DNA of 64,000 bases from assembly GCA_000004695.1 (NCBI GenBank), contig CM000152.2, forward strand, positions 3,328,001 to 3,392,000, written 5' to 3'. The translations under genes were made by a program, and so were the position numbers. This document shows positions 53,471 through 64,000 of the stretch, piece after piece. The notes under the pieces were generated by a model that worked only from the letters and a program-made list of their open reading frames with translations, was not told where the DNA came from and did not search any database. Source of the stretch: Dictyostelium discoideum. Its lineage: Eukaryota. The first letter of the stretch is position 1. Every line of letters starts with the position of its first letter.

Positions 53471-54340
53471 AAGATAATAGAAATTTTAGGGAAATTATAA
53501 ATAAAATATCCAAAAAATAATAAAAACCTTATTTATATTTTTTATTTATTATTAATTTATTTTTATTAATTTATTATATATATATATATATATTTTTTTG
53601 TTTTTTTTTTAATTTAGTTAAATCAACCATTAAAAGGTATGCCAGTATTATTTATTCCAGGTAATAGTGGAAGTTATAAACAAATTAGATCGATTGGAGC
53701 AGAGGCATTTCATCATATAAATAAAGGTAGATCATCAAATCGTTTTGATATAGAGAATCCAAATAAAACAAAGAAAAAGAGATCAATTGATTATCAAAAT
53801 GAGTTGGATATATTTACATTGAACTTTGAAGAGGAGTTATCTGCATTTGGTGGTGATGTTATGTACTCTGAAACTGAATTTGTTAATGATTGTATCAATA
53901 CAATTTTAAAACTTTATGAAAATAATAATAATATACATAAAAAACCAACTGTAATTATCAATTTTTTTATTATCTTTTTTTTTTAATTTTCTTCTTCTTT
54001 CTTTACAACTTTAGGATAATAATGGTGTATTAAAATTAAACTAATTCTTAAATATATTTTTTAAAAGAGTGTAATATTAATTGGACATAGCATGGGTGGG
54101 GTTGTAGCAAGAATGTCGATATTGTTACCAAATCATGTTTATGGAACTGTAACAACCATTATAACATTAAATTCATCTCATAGAAATGCACCAGTTTATT
54201 CACATATATCAACAGCTAATTTCTATTTAGAATTAAATAAACATTGGAGTAAATCAATTCAACCAAAACATTTTAAATATAATGAAAAAGGTGATTTAAC
54301 ACATTTACCAAGTGGTATGTAATTGATAATATCAATTCTA

Positions 54341-54408
<68 letters not shown>

Positions 54409-55941
54409 TATTAATTTTAATTTTTTTTAAATACTATAGTTTATGATGATATTGTTGTAGTTTCAATTGCAGGTGGACATAGAGATACATTGATTAGATC
54501 AGAATTAACATCATTAGATGGATTGGTTAGACAGGATAGATCATTTTCAGTAGTAACAACCAGTGTACCAGATGTATTGATAGAGACCGATCATCAATGT
54601 ATTTTATGGTGTAATGAAGTTGTATTATCTTTGGTATCTGGTTTATTGTTATTAGGTAATCCAGAGACCAAACAAAACACATTTGGACCAACAGAAAGAT
54701 TATCATTATTAAAGAGTGTATTACATAGTCATGTACCAGAGATTTTAGGTATCACTACATTTTCAGATCAACCACAATTCACAAAAGAAAACAGAAAGAA
54801 TACTCGTTACGATATCGATACTCTATCTGATATTGCAAAGAAGAAACCATTCGAATCTTACTCAATGATCTCTTTAATTCATAAACCAATAGTATCATAT
54901 AAATCAAATCCAAGAGTTAGGATCACTTCTTCAGCTTCTTCTTTAACTTCATTTTATTTTCATTTTAAAATTTCTGATTGGTAATATTATTATTTAATTT
55001 AATTTAAATTTATTATTTATAAAATTTAATATTAATAATAATATTTTTTTTTTTTTTATTTTTTTATTTTTTTTTATTTTTTTAATTTTAGGATTGGTGA
55101 AGAAAATTATTTTTCATTAACAACAAGTTTAGCACAAGGCGATTTTACAGCAATTTTATATAAAGATAAAGATTTTACAGATGCAGTTGATGTTTCATTT
55201 AATTCATATTCATATCCACCATTACCACCATTAACAAATTCAGTGATAGAGTCACCATCAACTCAATTGATATTGACACATGAAGAGATGAAAGGACATC
55301 ATTCATTATTGATTGCATTCCCAAAATCAATTAGAAAGGATAGATTTGTAGCGGTGGCACAATTTTATAATTCGACATCAAGTAAAGTTGTAATTCCATC
55401 AGTATCATTTTTTGATGAATATAGATTCGTTTTACCAATTGGTCATCCAATCATTATGAACTTTACACTTCCAAAGTATACCAATAAATTCCCAATTAAA
55501 GCAGTGTTGCAAACTAAATATTTGGATATTGATAATGTTAATTCATTAAGAGATGAAGATGTTGAAGCTTCAAAATATTCAAGATCATTGGTTGTTAATA
55601 ATTTAAAACATCCAGAACCATATACAACATCAATATCAACAGGAATATCACAACAACAACAACAGCAACAGCATCAATCAGATCCTGATTCTAATAATGA
55701 AGGATTTGAAGATTTTGATATACGTTTAGCATTCTCTATGAAATTTATTGATAAAGAAGCTGTAATTCCAAATAATTATCCAATATTTTTACCAATATCT
55801 TATCATTTCATACCACAATTAATGGAGGAAGGTAAATTTGTTACAAATTGTACAGTCACAAAAATTAAATTTCATCAATCTTCAAAAGCTCAATTAGCCT
55901 ATAGAGAAAATAATAACAATAACAATAACAATAATAATAAC

Positions 55942-55974
<33 letters not shown>

Positions 55975-56711
55975 TCTTTCAAAGCTATTAATGGTAAATT
56001 AAAATATTTAGATCAAAAAGTTGATTCAGTTGATAATGTTGAATATAGCAATAACAATAATAATAATAATAATGATAACAGTAATGAAGAAGAAGAAGAA
56101 GTTGTAGTTTTGGTAGTTGATCGTTTTGATGAACAAAATGAACAACAAATTCAACAACAAAGAGCAGCATCAGATTTAATTAAATTTAATCAAAAATTAT
56201 TATATGTACAAGAGGATCCAGAATTGATTGATACAATTCCAACAAATTCAGCAGAGAATACAATTAATGAAAATGGTCAAATGGAAATCGATATTAATAA
56301 TCCACATTTATTAATGATATTGGATCCATTCTTTTCATATGAGATCGTCATTACATATGATTGGATTGGATCAATTGGATCATTGGTATTCTCTTATGCA
56401 CTTTCACTCATTTCATGTACATTTGCTTTATTCCTATGGGTATTCTCTGCGCAATTGAATAGCTTCATAAGGAATGATAAATTCCCATCTCTACTTATCA
56501 CCCTTAGAGATCAATCAGTTCAATTGGTTCCATATTTAATTTATTTCCCTTCTTTGGTTTGTATTGTTTTCACTATCTTTGGTTTACCAATTCCTTCATT
56601 CTATGGAGAATTCTTACCTGATCCATTCATTGATAGTTTTATGTTGGAAAGAATTCCACCATTTTGGTCAATTCCATTTTTATTTATTGTTTCAATTTGT
56701 ATTGTAAGTAT

Positions 56712-56762
<51 letters not shown>

Positions 56763-56995
56763 AAAATTAATACTAATGGTTTTTTTTAAAAATATTTAAG
56801 TTAACAATTTTAATTTTAGTTACAAATATCTTATTTACAATTGGATCAATTTGTAGCAGTGTTTGTTTATCAATTTTAAATCTAATCAATAGTCATCCAT
56901 CAAAAAATACACCAATTCATCCAAGAAGACCAAATGCTCAAAATGTCTCCTTTAATATGGATAGATTGGATCTTTCGAATGATGATGGATTATTA

Positions 56996-57032
<37 letters not shown>

Positions 57033-57160
57033 TTAATAACAATAATAATAATAATAACAATAATAATAATAATAATAATAACGGTGGTAATAATACCAAC
57101 AATATAAATAGTAACAATAATAATAGTAACAGTAATAATATAAATTCAACCGACTATATA

Positions 57161-57218
<58 letters not shown>

Positions 57219-58525
57219 TAAATAATAGCAATAGTTTCGTCAATAATCAAAATTTAGATGGAACTAATTTTAATATCAATATAGAAAATGGAGCCAATAA
57301 TATGGACTCCAATAATCTAAATATTGAAAGAGTAGAAAATACCAATTCTTTTGGTGTTAATAATAATAATAATATTAATAATAATAATAATATAAATAAT
57401 AATATAAATAATAATATAAATAATAATATAAATAATAATATTAATAATAATATAAATAGTAATATAAATAATAGTAATATAAATAATAGTAATATAAATA
57501 ATAATAATATAAATAATAGTGTGAATAATATAAATAATATTATCCTTAATAATATGAATAATATAAATAGTGGCAATAGTGATTATAATAATATTAATAA
57601 TAATAATAATAATAATAATAATGGTAATAGTGAATATAATAATATTTATTTAAATAATAATAATATCAATAATAATAATAACAATATATTGAATAAAGAT
57701 AATAGTAATGATTTATTATATAATAATGAACCAATTGTAATTAGTAATAGATGTACAACAAGTACTACTAGTAGTCCTGTAACTGGTAGTTTTTGTTTAG
57801 GGTCAACAGTAAACTCAAGATTAAATGGAAATCCACAATTTTCTTCATCAAAGTGGGTTATTATTGGTTGTATTATGGTAATTATAATTCACTCTGCTTT
57901 AGGTTTAGCTGCATTCCTATTGTTCTTAATGTTTTCATCGAGTAAACAATTCAATGGTACCAGCAATGGAAATAGTGCAAGTGTAAATTCGCCATCCTCT
58001 TCAATATCATCAGTGTCACCTTTATTAATTTCAAGCATATCTGCAAGTGTAAAAAAGAAATCATTAAAGATTCAAAATGCAATCAGAAAGGAATTGTATT
58101 ATCGACAAAGTATCTTTTTAATGTATATTTTTTCTGCTTTCATCATGGCTCCTAACTTGGTCATTTGGATTAAACATTTATCATTTGAATGGCAAGTCTT
58201 TGACTCTTTTGAATTGTTTATCTTATTGGCCATAACTCATATCTTTTTATCAACAATCGAATTAAATCAAAGTAATCTTTTTATTTTAAGGTATGTTTTT
58301 TTTTTTATTTTATTTTTTCCCCAACTAAATTTTTCCTAACTTTTTTTTTTTTTTAAAAAAAAAATAATAATTAATAATAATAGAATTGCCCTCATGATTG
58401 CCTCAGTTTTAGTATCAATTTATTGTATTTTATTTTTATATAGAATGCTTTACTTTAATTTGGTACTTTCACTTTTGTTTGTAATTTGTCATGCTTGGTC
58501 GAGATTAAAAGAAAAAATAGTTTAA
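53127..58525 (+). CDS. GPI inositol-deacylase (PGAP1/Bst1 homologue), 7 exons: join(53127..53375,53618..53950,54068..54314,54440..54980,55092..56703,56801..58290,58384..58525), about 1537 aa
   Basis: CTMTYMVPNY, MPVLFIPGNSGSYKQIRSIG, lipase serine motif SVILIGHSMGGVVARM, SIAGGHRDTLIRSELTSL, TDHQCILWCNEV all match PGAP1; C-terminal exons encode multiple TM helices; all donors GTAAGT/GTAATT/GTATGT/GTAATA; phases 0,0,1,2,0,2 verified against every track ORF fragment; exon 6 carries a large poly-Asn insert. Confidence 0.7.
57385..57535 (+). repeat. 12-bp tandem repeat (AATAATATAAAT)n about 12 units within a 0.7-kb AAT-rich tract, in frame in PGAP1 exon 6 (encodes NNIN/NINN repeats)
   Basis: seen directly. 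Confidence 0.85.
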
Positions 58526-58880
58526 AAATAAAGGTTCCTTGTGGTCATTTTAATTTTTTGTTTTTGTTTTTTTTTTTGATTTGTTCAAAACTTTTTTTTA
58601 GATTTTTTTTTTTTTTTTTTTTGTGTCTCAACGAAAAACAATTCCCAGACAACTATTTTCTATTTTTTTTTGAAAAAAATTTAGGACCCTGGTATTTTTT
58701 TTTTATTTATTTTTTTTTTTTTATTTTAAGTTATTACTGCCTTTTTTTTTTTTTTTTAAAAAAAAAAAAAACAAAATGATTTAAAAGTAATCATTTTAAA
58801 TTAAATAACATTGTTTAAATTCTTTTTTTTTTTTTTTTTTTTTTTTTTCCAGTTTTTATTTTTATTTTTTTATTTTAAAT

Positions 58881-61364
58881 ATGATCAAAAAAATTAAAAA
58901 TATAATAAATAAAATAATAAACTTTTTTTCTACAATATATATATTATGTAAAATATATTTATATTATAATATTAAAAATAGATATGAAGCATATAATATT
59001 TTATCAGTATATGGAGATGATGATTTTTTCAATAAACCATGTCCTGAAGATTCATCAAATTGGAAAGATAAGTTAACATTTAAATGGGTTGAAAGGATAA
59101 TATTTGTTGGATTTTTTAGAGCACCTTTAAATTTAAATGATATTTCAGATTTACCAAGTAGTTTAAAAGTTGAAAATACAGCACCACTTTTAAAAGATAT
59201 AATATTCAATGATTCAACTATACCTTTAATTAAACACATATATTCAAAATTTTTACCAAGAAATTATATTGCAACTGGTTTATTTGTTTTTGTTTCTGTA
59301 TTTTCTTTTATAACACCTTTAATTTTAAAAAAGTAGTGTACCCCTTTTTCTTTTAATTAATTAAATAAATAAAGAAAAAAAAAAAAAAAAAAAGGATTTA
59401 AATATTAATATTATTATTATTATTATTATTTATTAGTTTTTTAAGTTATGTTGAAAAAATTGATGAACAAAAACATATTTATATTGGTATAATTCAATGT
59501 TTTTTATTATTTTTAAGTTCATTTATAAATATGGCATCTCAACAATATAGTTATTGGTTTGGATTTAAAACATCATTAGAAGTTAAAGGAGCATTAGAAA
59601 CTATAATATTTGAAAAGATGACAAAACTTTCAAATTTATCAAAAAAGAATTATAATATTGGTTCAATGTTAAATTTAATGTCAGTGGATACAGATTTTTT
59701 TCAATATTTCTTTTGTCATTATTATATAGAGATATTTTTATTTCCAATTCAAATTTTATCATTATTAGGTTTTTTAATTTATGTAATTGGTATAGCTGGT
59801 TTTGTAGGATTTTTAGTGATGTTAATTACAATTCCACTTTCATCATTTTTAGGTACACAAATAAGTAAAAATTTAAGTACATCAATGGGATATGCAGATA
59901 CAAGAATAAGTTTAACTGGTGAACTTATTAATGGAATTAAATTTTTAAAACAATATGCATGGGAGAAAATGTTTTGTGAAAGAATTGAAGAACAAAGAAA
60001 ATTACAATTAAAATATCTTTATATTAGAATTATTTATTGGGTATTGGTTCAAATTGTAACTCAAGCATCATCAGGTTTAGTATTGGTTTCAACTTTTACA
60101 ACCTACACTTTATTGGGTTATGAAGTATCTTTGGAGATTGCATTCACATCGATTACAATCCTACAAAATCTTAGACGTCCAATTGAATCACTTCCAGATT
60201 GTCTTCATAAATTCATTAGTTTAATTGCATCTGCTAAAAGAATTGAAACATTTTTACAATCTTCAGAATTACAAAACCAACCATTCATACATAATCAAAG
60301 TGGTTTAAATGATATTTTAATTAGAAATATTAATTTTAATTGGAATGAACATAATTTAAAATTAAAAAATAATAAAAATAATCAAAATAATAATCAAAAT
60401 AAAAGATCAATTATATTAAGTAGTGGTGAACAATTCGAAATTACAAATGATTTTACATTTGATGGTATTGATATTCAAGATGATAATTATGATTATGAAA
60501 AAGAATATAAAATTAATTATAATAATAATGAAGAGGAAGAAAATTTTATGACAGATTGTTTATTAAAAATTAAACCATTAATAAAAGATAGAAGGTTACA
60601 ACAACAACAAGCAGATTATCAAGATTTATTATCAATTAATTTACCTCCACCACCATCTGAGAATGTTGATTTTAAAGCACCAAAAGGTTTATTAACAATT
60701 ATCTCTGGTGGTGTTAGAAGTGGAAAAACAAGTTTAGCAAGTGGTTTATTAGGTGAAATTTGTAAAGCTGTTGATAAATCATCACCTGATTCTGTTAATA
60801 GTATTTTATCAACAATTCAACAACCATTCCTTCAAAGTACATCATTTCGTGAGAATATTTTATTTGGTAAACCAATGAATATGGAACGTTATATAAAGGT
60901 AATTGAAGCTTGTTGTTTAGCACCAGATCTATTAGCAATGGGTGAAGGGAAAGATTTAACTGAAATTGGAGAACGTGGTATAAATTTAAGTAATGGTCTA
61001 AAACATCGTATTCAATTGGCAAGAGCATTATACGCTGATTCCGATTGTTATATATTGGATGAAATTTTATCATCTGTTGATCCAGAGATTGCAAATTATA
61101 TCTTTCAACATTGTATTAAAGGTATGATGAAAGGTAAAACAGTAATATTAGTAACACATCAAATTCAATTCATTTCATCAGCGGATCATGTAGTTGTAGT
61201 TGATAATGGTGTATTAATTCAAGGAACTTATTTGGAATTATTAAGAATGGGTATTGATTTTGAAATGATTTTAAAAGAAAAAGAAAATAGAATTGAAAAA
61301 CAAATAGTTCAACTTCAAGAAGATGAGGATTATTATGAAGAGGTTGAAATTTTAGATTTTACAA

Positions 61365-61409
<45 letters not shown>

Positions 61410-63295
61410 GCAATTTTAATGGTAATAATAAATTAAAAAGATCATCAATTTCTTTACCAAAAGGTATTTCAATTGAATCAATAATTAGTAAAGATTTTGA
61501 TCAAACGACAATTGAAAAAGCAAAATTATTTGTACAAGAAGATAGAAATAAAGGTGATCCTGGTTGGATAATTTATAAAAAATATATTCGTATGGGTTCA
61601 TCAATTTCTTTTTTCATTTTTACATGTATTATCTATTTAACAAGTCAAATTATATTATTACTTTCAGATTATTGGCTTCAATCATGGGCAAGTCATGATA
61701 GATTAAACGTTTCAGAACCAACTGATGTACATTACCTATTGATTTATTTAGCCTATATTGGTGGATTTGTATTTACATTGGGTGTTAGGTATTTATTAAT
61801 CGCAAAGATTACATTTGGTTCAGCGGAAACTCTTCATAGATCTCTTTTAAAATCAATAATTAGAGCACCATTAACTTTTTTTGAACAAAATCCAGTTGGT
61901 CGTATTTTAAATAGATTTGGAAAAGATATCAGTGATATTGATATTTTATTATTGGATTGTTTCTCTGATGTTTTATATTGTGGTGCATGTCTAGTCACAT
62001 CAATTGGTATCATAATTTATATTTCACCCTATATTGCAATACCATTTGTTATTTTAATAGCTATAAATTATATTTTTCAATTGTTTTATAATTATTCAGT
62101 ACTAGAATTAAAACGTATTCAATCAATTTCTAGAAGTCCTGTTTATTCATTATTATCAGAGGTTTATAATGGATTAACAACTATTAGATCATTTGGTCAA
62201 CAAGAAAGGTTCTTTAATATGATGAAAGATAATATCAATATTAATTTAAGAGTATTTTTTTATAATTTTGCTGTTAGTAGATGGATTGGTATTAGAGTTG
62301 AATTTTTATCGGCTATTGTAGTGTTAATGTCTGCTTTATTTTCAATTTTTAATGATAATCCTGGTTTATCAGCATTAGGTGTAACAACAGCATTGGGTAT
62401 AACATTTAATTTAAATTGGTTTATGCGTCAATTTGGTGAATTAGAATCAAGAATTAACTCTGTTGAACGTGTACAAAGTTATATATCAATTCCAAAGGAA
62501 AAAGAAACCAATGAAGATGAATTCATTCAAACAGGTTTCATTTGGCCATCAAGAGGTGAAATTGAATTTAAAAATGTTGAAATTAGATATCGTCCAAATT
62601 CAATAGCAACACTAAGAAACTTTTCTATGAAAATTAATGCACAAGAAAGAATTGGAATTATTGGTCGTTCAGGATCGGGTAAATCAACAATTGGTATGTC
62701 ATTATTCCGTATGATAGAATGTTCATCTGGTTCAATTTTAATTGACGGTGATGATATTTCACAAATTGATTTAAAAAGATTAAGAAGTTCAATTGGTATA
62801 GTACCACAAGACCCGTTTATTTTCTCTGGTAGTATTCGTTTAAATCTTGATCCATTCGATCAATTCACTGATAATGAAATTTGGGAAGCATTAAGTAAAG
62901 TTAAATTAAAGAAAATGGTTTCAACAATGCCAATGAAATTAGAGAGTTTAGTTCAAGGTGGAGATGGTTTAACCATTGGTAATAAACAATTACTTTGTCT
63001 TTGTAGAGCAATATTAAGAAATTCTAAAATCGTATTATTCGATGAAGCAACCAATAGTATAGATTTTCAAACTACTCGATTAATAAAACAAACGATTGAA
63101 GAAAACTTTAAAGATTGTACCATTTTAACCATTGCTCATAATATTGATACCATTTTAGATAGTGATAAAATCGCTATCATTGATGAGGGCGAACTTATTG
63201 AATTTGATACTCCATTAAATTTAATTAAAGATTCAACTTCTAGATTTTCAAAATTAATTAAATTAAATAATAATCAAAAAAATAAATTAAATTAA
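58881..63295 (+). CDS. ABC transporter, C (MRP/CFTR-like) subfamily, short form (TMD1-NBD1-TMD2-NBD2); model join(58881..59332,59437..63295), about 1436 aa
   Basis: N-terminal PCPEDSSNWKDKLTFKWVERI then TM1; exon 2 NLMSVD TM region; NBD1 Walker A GGVRSGKTS, NBD2 Walker A GRSGSGKST, signature LTIGNKQLLCLCRAIL, Walker B IVLFDEATNSID, H-loop TILTIAHN; exon 1 donor is a weak GTAGTG (phase 2) and acceptor TATTAG at 59436 (alternative TTTTTTAAG at 59445, same phase); upstream frame is open, so the real exon 2 start is not at the track ORF Met. Confidence 0.7.
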
Positions 63296-63534
63296 ATTAT
63301 TTAAAATTTTCAATAAATAAAATTATTATTATTTTATAATATTTTTTATAAAAAGTTTTAAATAAATTATAATAGATTTTTTTTTTATTTTTTATAATTA
63401 TTTATTAAAAAAAATGTTATTTATATATGGTATTAGTTTTAAACTATACCAAAAAAAAAAAAAAGTTATATTGTTTTTAAAAAATAAAATGTTTTGGTAT
63501 ATATATAAAATAAAAATTTTTAAAATAGGAAGAT

Positions 63535-63708
63535 TTAATTAATTAAACATTTCCATGATTTTCTTTTTTGTGATCTTTTTTTCCCTCCACTACTTGTACT
63601 TGTTCCACTACTATTGCTACCATTACTTCCTAAACTACTATTACTAAATGAACTATTTACACTACTTGTACTTTGTGGAGATGCACAATTTTCACAAATA
63701 ACTTTACA

Positions 63709-63768
<60 letters not shown>

Positions 63769-63772
63769 ATTA

Positions 63773-63813
<41 letters not shown>

Positions 63814-64000
63814 TATATTATTTTCAATTTCAGCAAATTCATTTAAATTCTCTAAACAATCATCTGGTATTAATGATAACATGCACCAATCATTTATTGA
63901 TTGATCATCAAAATGAGGATTTGAAACTACAATTGGAGTAGAAGGATATGGACCGTCAGGAGTTTCTTTTACTAATTTTATTGCCAATTGATCTAATGTC
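63535..64000 (-). CDS. 3' portion of a minus-strand gene whose 5' end lies beyond the window (Asn-rich hypothetical protein ending ...GGKKRSQKRKSWKCLIN*)
   Basis: Frame stays open to the window edge (…TLDQLAIKLVKETPDGPYPST); polybasic stretch followed by C-terminal Cys-aliphatic-aliphatic-X tetrapeptide. Confidence 0.4.

Noticed and set aside
57247-57576. 109-aa minus-strand ORF rich in Leu/Ile/Phe
   Set aside because: Antisense of the poly-Asn tract in PGAP1 exon 6.

Overview
This is a 64-kb, very AT-rich (roughly 75-80% A+T) eukaryotic chromosomal segment, not a prokaryotic locus. All its hallmarks point to Dictyostelium discoideum. The intergenic DNA consists of long poly(A)/poly(T) and simple AT repeats. 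Genes are compact, with short AT-rich introns that use GTAAGT, GTATGT or GTAATT donors and (T)nAG acceptors. Coding regions carry Asn-, Gln- and Thr-rich low-complexity inserts, and the encoded families are typical of Dictyostelium (FNIP-repeat protein, IPT/TIG-EGF surface protein, stefin). I hand-curated about 24 protein-coding genes by joining the six-frame ORF fragments across introns. In each curated model the phase and coding frame are consistent across the introns. In window order the genes are: an upstream partial gene; a FAM173-like class I methyltransferase; a FAF2/UBXD8-like UAS-UBX protein; a PHO80-like cyclin; AP-4 epsilon adaptin; an IPT/TIG-EGF-LRR type I surface glycoprotein; RIO1 kinase; a tiny 2-exon orphan; dynactin p150Glued (CAP-Gly); a Ras-family GTPase with a Q61N substitution; a stefin-type cystatin; a hypothetical membrane protein; and a FNIP-repeat protein. 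After the retroelement locus come a GFA/CENP-V-like zinc protein; Pelota/Dom34; a class I PITP; an NR2C2AP/TRA16-like protein; a GNAT acetyltransferase; a CUE-domain protein; a RING-like zinc finger protein; GPI inositol-deacylase PGAP1; an ABCC/MRP transporter; and a partial gene running off the 3' end. The only non-routine structure is a retroelement locus at 30.9-39.2 kb. It contains a tRNA-Gln(UUG) gene with a downstream external B box. An apparently intact Ty3/gypsy LTR retrotransposon of about 5 kb sits so that its 3' LTR ends 13 bp upstream of the tRNA. That element has a single 1422-aa gag-pro-RT-RH-IN ORF, identical LTRs, a polypurine tract and a TGG primer-binding site, and resembles DGLT-A. 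Its 3' LTR is split by a second, minus-oriented non-LTR element inserted about 46 bp upstream of the tRNA. The second element is flanked by a 14-bp target-site duplication, carries 225-bp internal direct repeats around one 442-aa ORF, ends in oligo(A), and has the organisation of an ORF2-deleted TRE5-A derivative. Downstream of the tRNA is a roughly 950-bp ORF-free block of atypically balanced composition that is unexplained. I see no CRISPR array, no prokaryotic operon, and no evidence for a novel multi-gene system. The interesting content is the nested tRNA-targeted retroelement architecture and several gene-level oddities listed under findings.
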